A stretch of 64,000 nucleotides of DNA from Antechinus flavipes. Its lineage: Eukaryota. Below are positions 13,227 through 25,890 of this stretch, piece after piece (position 1 is the stretch's first letter; the number at the start of each line of letters is the position of its first letter). The notes beneath the pieces are model-generated. The model saw nothing but the letters and a program-made list of their open reading frames with translations, was not told where the DNA came from and did not search any database. The position numbers and the translations under genes are program-made. The stretch covers positions 348,564,001-348,628,000 of the forward strand of contig NC_067401.1 of the NCBI RefSeq assembly GCF_016432865.1. The letters are read 5' to 3'.

Positions 13227-14099
13227 TTTCATTTTTTAAAAATTATTTTTTAACTTTATTTTTTTATTATAGCTTTTTATTTACAAGATATATGCATGGG
13301 TAATTTTTCAGCATTGATAATTGCAAAACCTTTTGTTCCAGTTTTTCCCCTCCTTCCCTTCACCCCTTCCCCCAGATGGCAGGTTGACCAATACATGTTA
13401 AATATGTTAAAGTATATGTTAAATACAATATATGTATACATGTCCATACAATTATTTTGCTAAACAAAAAGAATTGTACTTTGAAATAGTGTACAATTAA
13501 CCTGTGAAAGGAATAAAAAATGCAGGCGGACAAAAGTAGAGGGATTGGGAATTCTATGAAGTAGTTCATACTCATTTCCCAGAGTTCTTTCGCTGGGTGT
13601 AGCTGGTTCAATTCATTACTGCTCTATTGGAACTGATTTGCTTCATCTCATTGTTAAAGATGGCCACATCCATCAGAATTGATTATCATATAGTATTGTT
13701 GTTGAAGTATATAATGAGCTGGTTCTGCTCATTTCACTCAGCGTCAGTTCCTGTAAGTCTCTCTAGGCCTTTCTGAAATCATTGTGCTGGTCATTTCTTA
13801 CAGAACAATAATATTCCATAACATTTATATATCACAATTTATTCAGCCATTCTCCAATTGATGGGCATCCATTCAATTTCCAATTTCTGGCCACTACAAA
13901 GAAGGCTGCTACAAACATTCTTGCATATTCAGATCTCTTTCCCTTTAAGATCTCTTTGGGATACAAGCCCAGTAGTAACACTGCTGGATCAAAGGATATG
14001 CACAGTTTGATAACTTTTTGAGCATAGTTCCAAATTGCTCTCCAGAATGGCTGGATGTATTCACAATTCCACCAACAATGTATCAGTGTCCCTCTAACA
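13227..14099 (-). mobile_element. Young 5'-truncated LINE-1, antisense, 15-bp TSD
   Basis: Minus-strand ORF 13832-14179 contains GTLIHCWWNCEYIQPFWRAIWNYAQKVIK (L1 ORF2 C-terminus). TSD TAAGGAGCCTTTTTA at 13212-13226 and 14100-14114. Confidence 0.93.
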
Positions 14100-14443
14100 T
14101 AAGGAGCCTTTTTAAAGACAAAATAATAATAATAATTGTACATCAAAGAGAAAGAAAAATAATGTTTGACATACAGCAATTTTATATAATCTTAGGTGGT
14201 AAAAGCTGAATAAAGTTAAACAGGATCATAATTTCTTACTTCCTCTGAGGGAACAGACCTACTTAAATAGTCTGTAGTTAACTAAGGTTACAGATTAAAA
14301 TACACTTGAAGGGTTAACTGTGGGCCACTTGAGGGATGAGATTTGCATGTCTCAGAATAGCTACTATTGGAGAGAGTTGCTATCCTCAAATGAGGTGGGT
14401 CTTGACTCCCCTTTTGGCTTCTTTTCTGAGAAATGTTTAAGGC

Positions 14444-14700
14444 CTTAAATAGACCTCAGCAGCAGCAGTAGTCAAGTATATCTTACACTTTTCCCACTTG
14501 CTATCCCTTTTGGCCCAAGAAAATTAAATCTTGGATATATAGGTGTACTAATTAAACATTTACTGATAATAAATCATAATTTTATCACCCCCACATTCAG
14601 TTGTGAGACCTCACATGAGCTTGCAACTCAAAATTTAAGAAGTTGGACTTCAAGTTAATTTTGTTTAGCCAATTCCAAATCACCTTGACAGGTGGCTAAC
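14444..14700 (+). repeat. Left arm of a long inverted repeat (LTR-like R/U5 plus leader)
   Basis: Aligns by eye at roughly 80-85% to the reverse complement of 15672-15952; shared core cacccccacattcagttgtgagacctcacat. Confidence 0.9.
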
Positions 14701-15671
14701 CTCCATAATAAAAATTAATAAAAGGAAATTGAAAAATTCTTGTAACAGATTTATTTCTCCTGTTGTGAATCTTCATTGTTCTCCCTTCGCTAAAGACCTC
14801 TTAGTCCTATTCCTCCTCTTCCTTTTCATATCCTTCTGCACTAGTATTTTACCATTTCCCTAGCACTCTTCTTCCTTTTCTTTCTTTAGTTCTAATCCTT
14901 TTCTTTCATTTGGATTCCTACTTTACATTTTTCTTCAGTTTCTGTTAAATTCTCCTGAATTTCCCCTTCCTGTATTCAGTCTCTGCTCTTGAAAATTCCA
15001 AAGCCTTCCTAAGTGCTTCAGCTTTTTTCTCCTTTTATTACTTCTCCCATGGAAGCTGGAATGTGTGCTTAAGACTCAGAAAGCTTATGAATTTTTGCAT
15101 CTTGTCTACTGAAAAATATACAAAACCTAAATCGGGTAAGTTCTGATTCAGTGATGAATTTGATTTGAGCAGTATTTCAACCTTTTAAAAGTTATATAAC
15201 AAATTGCAAAGCCTCATTTGGACTTTTGGGGAGAAAAGAAAATCTGGGTTAAACAAAGGTTACCTGAAAGTCCTTGGTCTTAGTAACTACTCTTCCCTCT
15301 AATTTTTTGTAAATTCTTTTGAGCATCATGGAGGGAGACTTAAAAATCAAATGTCCCAATAAAACTTTTAGTGTGAATAATCCTCTTTTTGTTTTCTTTT
15401 TCTTCTAAGGCTGTCTAAGATTATTTGTTTTTGAGATAATGGTAGTGTTAATTACAAGGGAGTTCTTAAGAGGATGGCCAACCTAAGTAAGCTGCAAAAA
15501 TGAAGTAGAGAGCTTTGAACAGTACTGCAGATCTGGAGATAAGAGTAAAAAGTGCAGAAAAAGTGGTAGAAAGGATACTAAAGACAGTTTAAAAACCATG
15601 TAACTTTGCTCACAGCTGCTTCCACTGAAAATCTTCTTGCTCTGCTTCAGTAGTATGTTACTTAGATTAAA

Positions 15672-15952
15672 GTTAGCCACATAGCAAGGTGACTTGGAAT
15701 TGGTTAAGCAGAATTACTTTGAAGCCCAACTTCTTAAATTGTGAGTTGCAAGCCTATGTGAGGTCTCACAACTGAATGTGGGGGTGGTAAAAGTGTGATT
15801 TATTATCAATAAATGTTTAATTTGTATAACTATAGATCCAGGATCACATAAAAATTACTTGGGCCAAAAAATTCTTGGTCAAAAGTCCACGTGGGCAAGT
15901 GGAAAAAGTTTAAGATGTACTTGACTCCTGCTGCTGCTAAGGTTTATTTAAG
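15672..15952 (-). repeat. Right arm of the long inverted repeat
   Basis: Reverse complement reads cttaaataaaccttagcagcagcaggagtcaagtacatc...gataataaatcacacttttaccacccccacattcagttgtgagacc...gtggctaac, matching the left arm. Confidence 0.9.
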
Positions 15953-16579
15953 CATTCTGTACAAATATCCCACTACAGTTAGTATAGGTTGGACCTACTA
16001 CCATTCCAGCTTCATTATCAGCAAATAGTTTCATTGTTCTTTTCATAATTAGTGATGTTATAAATAAATACATCTTCAGATTGAGAAACTCAAAACTGAG
16101 AATCCCTGAATTTGACCTTTTTTTCTTTTGCATGCCTAGCATGCTTGAGAGCTAACCAAACCTCCCACAACATTTAACAAGAGAGCAAGCTCTCTGGGGC
16201 AAATCCTGAAGGCTCCATTGGTCCTAGAATTAGCACAAATTCCACTGAAGTGTCTTAAGAGCCAGGTGTGAACTCAATTGAATTTCCCCTATACGCTTGA
16301 GTTACAATAGACAGTTCATCCCCTTTGGCTCCAGTAGTTAACAGAATAAAAAGAATAAAAACTGCCATACTATTTTGCACATTCTATGAGGCATTAAATT
16401 AAAATCACCACCCTCATTACCCAAAGGATACACCCTTCTCTACATACAGCCTTAGTAAGTGAAAGGATTTACCCTATAGAGATAATCTGTTGGATGCTTA
16501 ATACATGTTTTTGAATAGAGTATGATCATAACATTAACATAATATCACTTAAATTTGATGGGATATTTTATCTTCCTAG

Positions 16580-16724
16580 ATGAAATCTATGGAAACAGTT
16601 TGCTTTCTACCATGATTGACAGCTGCAACTGTTCAGACTCCAGTGATATTGAGCTGAGTGATGATTGGGCTGCCAAGAAATCTCCCAAAATCTCTAGGGC
16701 TAGCAAATCACCTAAACTTCCCAG
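16580..16724 (+). CDS. TULP4: TULP4 coding exon (probably exon 9)
   Basis: Acceptor cttcctAG, donor GTAATC. 145 nt, phase 1/2. (D)EIYGNSLLSTMIDSCNCSDSSDIELSDDWAAKKSPKISRASKSPKLP(R). Too short to appear in the ORF track; found by reading. Confidence 0.95.
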
Positions 16725-18968
16725 GTAATCTCAGCTTTTTATAAGCTTTTTTGTATGTGTGTCATTGTATAAATATCTCTGTGTACATTTATATATATGC
16801 AAACATTATTACTTGCTATTGTGATTGTCTCTTGTCATTGTGATAGTTACAGCAATTACAAGAAAGAGTGGATAAGGGCTAGGATAGAGAAAGATTTTGT
16901 AAGAGCTTCATTAGAAAGATTCGCCAGGTAGAATTAGAGCTTTGGTTTGTTTCTTTTTTCTCTAAACAGAAGAGTCACTCAGGAAACCTACCTAGCTCTT
17001 GAAACTCTACTCTTTATTCAGTAGAAATACTCCTCTAAATCACTTTTTTTCATCTTAAATTAGAAATAAAAATAGTTCATGATTTGTTCAGAATTATGGA
17101 GAATATTTAGATGAAATACCTATAACACTCTAATTGAAAGAAGTAAATTTTTTAAAAGTTTAGTAGCGGCTGGCTCCCTAAGGAATTGTCTTAAAGCCTG
17201 ATAAAAGCATTATGGGAATAAGTGTTGTTAGTGAAAAGAGCAAAGCAGTAGAAGTCCGGAGCCCTGAGCTTTAGTTCCAACTCTACTTCTAACTGGCTGT
17301 CTGATAGTGAGCAACAAATTAATTACCTTCCCTGGATTTTAGTTTACTCATTTGTTAACACGAGAAGGTTGTACTAAAGGATCACAAAAAATGCTCTGAC
17401 ATCATCAATATAGGGCTTGGTCTCAACACTATTATACCATGGCTATACCTTTTTTATAAGCCTTTATTACCTTGTAATTTGATTTCAAGAACACCGGATG
17501 TAGTAGGTAGAATGCTAGAATTTTGAGTCAAGAGATCAGGATTTAAAGGCTTGCCCAGAAACTCACTAGCTGTATGATAATGAGCTAGTCACTTAGCCTC
17601 TTGGAAACTCAGTTTCTCCACCTGTAAAATGGAGTAATATGACATAACCTACTTCATGGGACTGTTATGAGGAAAAGGACTTTCTTTTTCTTAAAGCATC
17701 ATGTATTGAATTGTTATAGCTATCAAAAAATTTAGAAAAGTAGCTTCTCCTGTTGTATTCTGTTCAGTTTTGCTTTTTTTTTTTAAATTTGCCCAGAGTC
17801 ACACAGCTATGTCTCATATAGCTATATGACAAATATGTGTCAAAAGTCTGAAGCCAAATTTGAATCGGAACTTTTGGCTTCAGAGTCAGAGCTCTATCCA
17901 TTGTACCACCTATAAGCCCCTCCCTAATGTATTTTGTAGCTATTAATTTAAAACTTTATAACATTTTCTTATAGAAAGATTCACATTAATTACGATTATT
18001 TTCATGTTTTAATGAAGAAATTGGCCCTCAGGGATTTGCTCAACTGCCTTCAGATAGTAGAATGATTTAAGGCTTATTGCTTAAAATGTTGCTAGTAGTA
18101 AACACTATTAATTCAGTCTGTTGAAATCAAGATGTAAATAAAGTATTAGTGTAACAATGAAGGACATAAAGTTTTGTCTTGTTTTTTTCTATACTGAGTA
18201 AATGTCTTCCCACATTCTTCCTCATCTTCTTCAATTCTATTTTTATGTGATATTTGCAACAAAGGTCACATGCATGCATGAATACACATGTGCATACACA
18301 TATATGACTAAAAGTGAAAACTATTGTTTTTCTCTGTTAATTTATCAACAACTGTAATGTGTCCAGCCCTATACATTCTTTTGCAAATTGATGAGATGAT
18401 AACAACAGTAATAATTTAGCATTTAGTGTGTGCCAAATACTGTGCTGAGTGCTTTAGAATTCTTCATTTGTTTGATCCTTGTAACAATTTTGGGTGGTGG
18501 GCAGTATTATTACCCCCATTTTACAGGTAAGGAAACTAAAGCAAATAAAGGTCAAATGATTTGCCCAGGAACACACAATAGGTATCTGAAGTCAGATTTT
18601 AACTCATTCAATTTCAGATTTTAACTGGATTTTTCAGGTCCAGTGCTGTATCCACTGTATCACTGAATAGCAAAACATTTAGAAGGAATTGTTGATATCA
18701 TTTATTTGAATAAACCCAACCATTGATTTCTTTTCTTCATAAAAACAAAGGAAATAGGATATCATGCCACTGATATATTTTTGCTAAATTGACAGCTTAG
18801 CCTTTAGGACTGTCCATAGATGAGAAAAACAAATGATTATTTAACATGGGAGGAAGGTATTAAAAGTCACATTTTATAGGTTTGAGACCAATATTTGATA
18901 AGTGATTTTGTAGTTTAAATATTTCTACCTGTGAGTATCTAATCATATTTAACCCTGCTTTCTGGCAG

Positions 18969-19113
18969 AATCAACATTGAAGCCCGAAAATCTCCAAAGT
19001 TAACTCGAGCTGCTCAAGAAATATCCAGGTCCCCACGGTTACCGATTAGGAAACCATCAATTGGCTCACCAAGCCTAACTCGGAGAGAGTTTCCACTAGA
19101 AGATATCACTCAG
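18969..19113 (+). CDS. TULP4: TULP4 coding exon (probably exon 10)
   Basis: Acceptor tctggcAG, donor GTAACG. 145 nt, phase 2/0. (R)INIEARKSPKLTRAAQEISRSPRLPIRKPSIGSPSLTRREFPLEDITQ. Confidence 0.95.
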
Positions 19114-19887
19114 GTAACGTTAGCGCTCCAGGCTCACATTGTCTTTTTTTATCTACAACACTTGGTTTTTTTAAACTCTACATACATCTTTTAATTTCCT
19201 TATGTATTTTTTTTTCTTTGATGACTGCTGATGGGGTAGAGAGAGGTAATTATGGAATGAACAAAGATAAAATGTGTTCAGAGAGAAAAATGCTTTCTTC
19301 TAGTCCTTCCATTTCCAGTTTGCAAATGAAATGCAATTTCCAGGTGGCAGGTACTGATGTTAAATGTTCTTTGAAAATCTGGCTGATAATTACAGATATA
19401 GACTGGTCCCGGGACTGGCCTTGGCAGTTACAAGGTAAGTATTCTAAGAATGTTACCAGTGTAGTATTGTGTTGATATTTAGTAACCATGTAGATTTACT
19501 AAAAAAGATTTATTATGTAATGGTAAATTTAAGTAGTTTTCACAAGGGAATAGACTCCAAAGTCATAATATATTTCCTGGCTGGTTTTTCAGATAGCATT
19601 GTGGTGGCCAGTTAAGGGAAACGTGGGGCAGAAAACACAAAAAGATTAAAAACACATTCCCACATAGAATATTTTTCTATTTGCTCCAGAGGAAGAGGAC
19701 ATTTTTCTGTAACACCTAACACACTGGACAAGAGTCCCCCAAAGGAGAAGCTTATAAAAGAACATTTTTGAGTTGATATTTGTTCTGAGAAATAGTTTGC
19801 TTTTAAAATTGATTATAGTATTCAGTGCTCCTGACAAATAAGAAAATAATAAATAGGTTTGTGATTCTTCTTTTCTTTTCTTTACAG

Positions 19888-19981
19888 CACAACTATCTTG
19901 CTCAGGTTACATCTAATATCTGGGGAACCAAATTTAAGATTGTAGGTTTGGCTACTTTCCTGCCAACTAACCTTGGTGCAG
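19888..19981 (+). CDS. TULP4: TULP4 coding exon (probably exon 11)
   Basis: Long pyrimidine tract plus tttacAG, donor GTAAAA. 94 nt, phase 0/1. HNYLAQVTSNIWGTKFKIVGLATFLPTNLGA. Confidence 0.95.
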
Positions 19982-20787
19982 GTAAAAATTTGTTTGATGT
20001 TCTCTATTTGTTAATGTACAAGTCTGGTTTTGAAATGGCAAATGGATTGCTGTTGTTCTCTAGTCTTATTTTTCCTTCAGTCTTGAGCTGGTGGTACAAT
20101 AGATAGAAAGCCGGAACTGGAGTCAAGAAGACTTGAGTTCACAATCTGGCCTCAGTCAATTACTGATTCTGTGATGCTGTGCAAGTCACTTAACTTTTTG
20201 CCTCAGTTTCGTCTCCCATAAAATGAGGATAATATGAATACTTACCTCAAAATTCCTGGCACATAGTAGGCATTGCATGCCTATCCCTTCCCTTTTAGAT
20301 AATACAGTTTCTCAAAACTCTCATGTTATAAACGAAAATGATATAAATTAATTTTAGAAAGGGCATTTTGGGGGTTATTAGAGTTTTATTTTTTCGATAC
20401 TTGATTATGATTAAAGTTACAAAAACAATATCCTATTAAAGCCATAAGAAACTTTTAGGATTTTTTTTTGACCCTTTGTTTTTGATATCTTTGTGGTATT
20501 ATTATCTCCAAGCTTGTAAGTTAAAAGAAACCTAGTACCAAAAAAAGTAAGAAAGAAAACTTGGTGCTAAGGAGAAAACAGTAATAGAAGATTGTGTGGC
20601 CAAATAGTATGGTGATGGCTCTTAATAAATATAGTTTTGAGCTTAATAATTAATCTTCTCAAGAAGAAGTTTTATTCTTTGCCTTAGATGTGGTCTAAGA
20701 AAAAGATTGAAAACTTATCCAAGAATCATTGAACAAATTAGAGACAAAATTGGATTGGAGAACAGAGATCTCAGGCACATATATATT

Positions 20788-20923
20788 TGCTGAGGCAATT
20801 GGGGTGAAGTGATTCGTCCAGGGTCACACAGCCAGAAACTGTTAAGTGTTTGAGGCCAGATTTGAATTCAGGGACTCCTGACTTCAGGGCTGGTGCTCTA
20901 TCCACTACACCAACTAGCTGCCT
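20788..20923 (-). mobile_element. WSINE1-like marsupial SINE
   Basis: Reverse complement of gcagctagttggtgtagtggatagagcaccagccctgaagtcaggag...ccccaattgcctca. Confidence 0.8.
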
Positions 20924-21059
20924 CAGGCATATTATTTTTTAATCAACACTGTCTTGATTGATTGTTTCATTAATAATAATAATAAATAGGTATGTACCTT
21001 AAATATAAACATTTATGCCAAAGGATCATTTTTTAAGGGCAGTTTAATCCTAACATAGA

Positions 21060-21300
21060 GCGAGGTGGTGTAGTGGATAGAGTGCTAAGTCTGGAATCAG
21101 GAAAATCTGACTTCCAATGTGGCCTCAGTTATTTCCTAGCTATGTGGCCCTAGGCAACTTACTTAACCCTATTTGCCTCAGTCCCTCTTCTGTAAAATGA
21201 ACTGAAGAAGGAAATGGCAAACCATTCCAATATCTTTGCCAAGAAATCCCCAAATGGAGTCACAAAGAGGCGAATATAACTGAAACAACTGAACAAAACA
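21060..21300 (+). mobile_element. MAR1-like CORE-SINE with RTE-derived tail
   Basis: tRNA-like head gtggtgtagtggatagagtgc, CORE, and tail gaaggaaatggcaaaccattccaatatctttgccaagaaatcccc. Further copies at ~29600-29770 (+), ~50285-50520 (-) and ~51590-51850 (-). Confidence 0.75.
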
Positions 21301-21949
21301 AATTCTAACACAGGGTCTCTGTGTTATATTGCATTATTATTCTTAATTTATTCTCTCAGGAGTTTGTAGGTCTTCAACAAGTGTAACATGACACCATTTT
21401 ATCACAGTTCTCAAATAGAAGACTTGACTTCTATATGGTCTTAATAAGCTTTCTATAACTTTATTTTAAAATGTTTTATTGATGCTTTTTGATTTTAATT
21501 TTTAGATATTTTCCTATATCTCCTATAGAACTTTATTATTTAACAAAGAAAATGAGTTAAGTAAAACAAATCTCATATCACTTGCATCTGATGGTGTATA
21601 TATAATGCAGTTTATATTCTTAGTCTTTGATATTAGCTTGATGAGGGAAGTATGAAGCTTTAGCTTCTAAAGACTATTATATTATCCAAATTGTGTTGTC
21701 ATTTTAAAATTATTTTTATTCACAATATTGGCTAATAATAATAATAATAATAATTTTTTATCATTCTTGATGTTTTGCTTTCTTCATTTCTTATTAGTTT
21801 TGTTCAGTGTGATTTTCAAATCCTGAGTCTGTCTAAGGAAAGCTATCTTCCAGCATAATTAAAACCTATAAGATAATTTTCATATATCGGTCTCTCTGCA
21901 ATCATCTTAATATGTTAGGCATTATTGCGTATTTGTGGACAGTTGAAGC

Positions 21950-24020
21950 ACAAGAAAAGAAAGACTAAAGGAAATAATTGGAAACTACTTTGCACAATTA
22001 TGCCAATAAATCTCATAAATAAGATGAAATGGTATTTACAGAAATATAAAATATCCAAATTAAAAAATAGATAATGCATATAGCCCAGTCTTTAAAAAAA
22101 AAAAAGATAAAGTAAATTATAGATAATTTTTTTTTTGTAAAGGATCTCATGACAAATCATTTGCAAATGAATTCTGGCAAATGTACAAAGGAAAATTATA
22201 TAAATGTCTGTAAAAATAGGGAAAGCTGTTACACTGCCAAAGTCCTTCTTTGAGACAAATATAGTGCTCCTGATAATTAAACCAGGAAGCAATAAGTTAG
22301 AAAAGGAAACTGTAGATTTTTATCTCTAATGAATATTTATTGGAAAATATTAAATAAAAAATTGAAAGAATTTAAAATATTAGCTAAGAGGCTACAATAA
22401 CACATTTTTTCAGGATTGTATTTATACAAGAATATAAGCTTGGTTCAGTATTAGGAAAATTATAAACGAAATAAACCACATTAATAATAAAACACTCAAT
22501 CATGATTATAATAATAATAGGTTCATAAAAAGCTTTTAACAAAATGTAACAATTTATGGCAAAAAAAATGGTAAAAAAAAATACTAGAAGATATTGAAGT
22601 GAATAAGTGGACTTTTCCTAAATAAACAGCATTATCATTGCTGGAAAATTGCTAAGAGACCTTTGCAATTAGATTGGAATAAAGTAAGAATAGTTGTTAT
22701 TCAGGCTATAATTTGAAATGATTTTATAAATTTTATTTATATCAGACAGTTAAGAGAAATAAGAAAATACATATATAGAAGAAATGATAATCGCTTTTTT
22801 GCAGATGATGTGATTTTATTTAGAAAACCTTAAAAATTCAATTAAAAACCAGAAGAAATAATGTTAATGAAGTAGCAGATATAAAATAATCCCACAGATC
22901 TCTCAGCCTTTCTTATACTACCAACAAAATCTAGATATGAAATATAAAGACATTTTATTCAAAATGAATATAAAATGAAAGGAATATTTGAAAGTCTACT
23001 CATCAAGACATGCACTGAAATTACATTAATACAACTATGAAACACTCTTTATGGAAATAAATATTTAAATAATTGAAGAAGAATTAATTGTTCTGGTTAT
23101 GCCATAACCAGAATGTAACAAAAATGGCATTACTACATAAATTAATTTATAGATTCAATGCAATTATTATAATGTACTAAGTGATTACATTATGCAAGAT
23201 AAAATTATAATAGAATTTTTCTGAAGGTGACAAAAGATGAAGAATCTTATGAGAAAGAATTTTTTATGTGGGAATAAAGATTCTAGATCTCAAATAATGG
23301 TAATACAGTGCCATAATCATCAAAATAACTTGTTAATCATTAAAATATGTACACATTTCAAGTGTATAGATGAAACAGATTAGGTATACAAGTTAAGTTC
23401 CCAAAGCATAACAACATGGTGTTTATTTTTTTAAAAATTGAAGAAAATTTAACTACTGAAATGAGGACTCATTATTTGACAAAAACTACTTGGAAAAATA
23501 AAAAACTTTCTGGGAAAAGAGACTCAAAGTAACATCTCACACAACTTCAAATGAATGAATGACCTAATTATAAAAGATTATGTCATAAATTAAAGGATCA
23601 GACAGTAGAGATACCTTTCACAAGTGTGGTTAAAAGGAGAAATTCTTAACCCAACAAGGGATAACAAAGCTCTTAGGAGATAAAATAAAAATTTTTGATT
23701 ACACAACACTGAAAGTTTATATACAAATTGAATTGATGTAGTTAATATTAGAAGAGAGAAAAGTATTTGTAGCAAATTTCTGAAATCCAAGATATGTGCA
23801 GTCTACTATAAATATATAAAATAAGATTCATTGCTCAGTAAATTAGTGGTAAAAGATACACATAGGCAACCTGTAAAAGAAGAAATGCAAGCTATGATTT
23901 AACAGAGGAAGAAAATGTACCAATTACTAATAATAAGGTAAATGCAAATTGAAACAGTTTTAAAGTTCTATTTCATCCCCATCAAATTTATAAAGACAGT
24001 CTTTCTCTTGACGATAGTGA
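21950..24020 (+). mobile_element. Ancient LINE-1 ORF2 remnant covering the RT region
   Basis: Degraded ORF2 including a FADD-type RT motif (tttgcagatgatgtgatt, ~22798-22815). No open frame. Confidence 0.7.
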
Positions 24021-24744
24021 TAAGTGTTGTATCAGGTCTAGGTCTTTGAATAATAGACAGACTATGCTGATTTTTCTGCTATGTCTAATTCTGTTACATT
24101 ATTTCTATTTAATAGTCTGAATGAAATTTCAGTTTCAAATTGACAGTTTGTGGAACATGAATTAAATCCTTCTTAGAGTATAAATAATATGTCCTGGGGT
24201 CATCCAGATAGAAGTTATCCTTTTCAAAAGAGATAAATCAATTGATGTTCAGCAAAATCTTGCCACCACCTTAGAATGCCACTTGTCCAGTCCTTCCTGC
24301 TGTTTCTAGGACTCATTCATCATTGAGATGTGCTAAGAACCATTATTTTGCCTTCACAATATTATTTGACACTTCCAGTGAGCAACCTACCAACATTTTT
24401 CCCTTTTCGGAAGGTTGCAGATGGAGCACATCAGAAAGAATTGCTAGTATCTTCTAATTTACATTAGATAGAAGTGTTTAATCCAGTGTACAAAGCATCA
24501 AGATAAAAGTTATTACACATAGTAAAAAGCAACTATGATACTAATGATTTCCCTCCTATATTGTAATTTTCATGGTTTCCAATCTTTGTTAAGCATGAGA
24601 ATGCACAATTATGTTGCTTAGTTATTTTATTCTCTTACATCATTCTTATCAAATCTCTTATTGGTTCTATACCTATTGAAGTTTTGAATATTTTACCTAA
24701 TCTTTGTGTCTTCTTATAAGTGTTTTTAAAAATATTCTAAACTT

Positions 24745-24889
24745 GGAGGCAGCTAGGTAGTACAATGGATAGAGCAGCAGCCTTGAGGTCAGGAGGACCT
24801 GAGTTCAAATCTGGTCTCTGCCTTAACACTTCCTAGTTGTATGCCCCTGGGCAAGTCACTTAACCCCAATTGCTTCAGCCAAAAAAACC
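24745..24889 (+). mobile_element. WSINE1-like SINE with 16-bp TSD
   Basis: ggaggcagctaggtag...ttaaccccaattgcttcagccaaaaaaa. TSD AAAATATTCTAAACTT at 24729-24744 and 24890-24905. Confidence 0.9.
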
Positions 24890-25164
24890 AAAATATTCTA
24901 AACTTCTGGTTTTGTGTGAAACTACTTAGATAAATGATAACTAGAACCACAATTTTAAATTCAAATTTAGAGACTTAGTTCATTGTTGTCTTAAGTCCCA
25001 TCATAGTCTAGTGTCAGAATCAAGATTAGAAATTTTGCAGTTCCTTGGTAAGCATTGGTTTAGAACTAACAGCCTTTCTCTTCGTTATTTTCATGAATAG
25101 TCTGATACTTGGAATCTAATCATATGATATGTCTACTAATCACTGTATTCTTTCTTCCCATTAG

Positions 25165-25308
25165 TAATCTATAAAACCAGCCTACTGCATCTTCAACCTA
25201 GACAGATGACCATATATCTCCCAGAAGTACGCAAGATTTCCATGGATTATATTAATTTACCTGTCTTCAACCCTAATGTTTTCAGTGAAGATGAAGATGA
25301 TTTGCCAG
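25165..25308 (+). CDS. TULP4: TULP4 coding exon (probably exon 12)
   Basis: Acceptor cccattAG, donor GTATGC. 144 nt, phase 1/1. (V)IYKTSLLHLQPRQMTIYLPEVRKISMDYINLPVFNPNVFSEDEDDLP. Confidence 0.95.
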
Positions 25309-25772
25309 GTATGCAGAATGTGGTAGTTTCTGTATAGTCGTATAGGTCTTTGGTGTGGACATGTATTTATAATTGTCTTTACTCCATTATCTCATTTATC
25401 AAAGACACATTTTCTTTCTTAATAACAGAATACCAAATAGGAAACATTATTCAAAGATTTTTAAAAGAGGGGAAAATAATACAAGTCAGGATAAATAGCA
25501 GCATTTACTAATGTCATGATAGATTTAAAGTATTGTGGAAAATCATAAGCTGCTCCACAGCTGTAGCAAGGATGCAGGCCATGCCAGTCTCCAGTAGGTG
25601 TCACACAATGTTGTGTCTACCATAAAGAAGAGAAATTGTTACAAGATGATGATGAATGGGATATAGAAATCATGATAATGATACTTTACATTGCATAGGA
25701 CTTGACCTCTCACAGCTTATATTTATATAATGTTTTAATAGTTTATAAAGTGTTTTCCTCACAGCATCTTTT

Positions 25773-25890
25773 TTTTTTCCCCTGAGGCAATTGGGTTAAG
25801 TCACTTGCCCAGGGTCACACACAACCAAGACATATTAAGTGTCTGAGGCCAGATTTAAACTCAGGTCCTCCTGACTTCAAGGCTAGGGCT
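25773..25890 (-). mobile_element. 5'-truncated WSINE1-like SINE inserted in a MIR
   Basis: Antisense SINE body; near-identical flanks beginning ctcacagca at 25758 and 25891. Confidence 0.75.
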
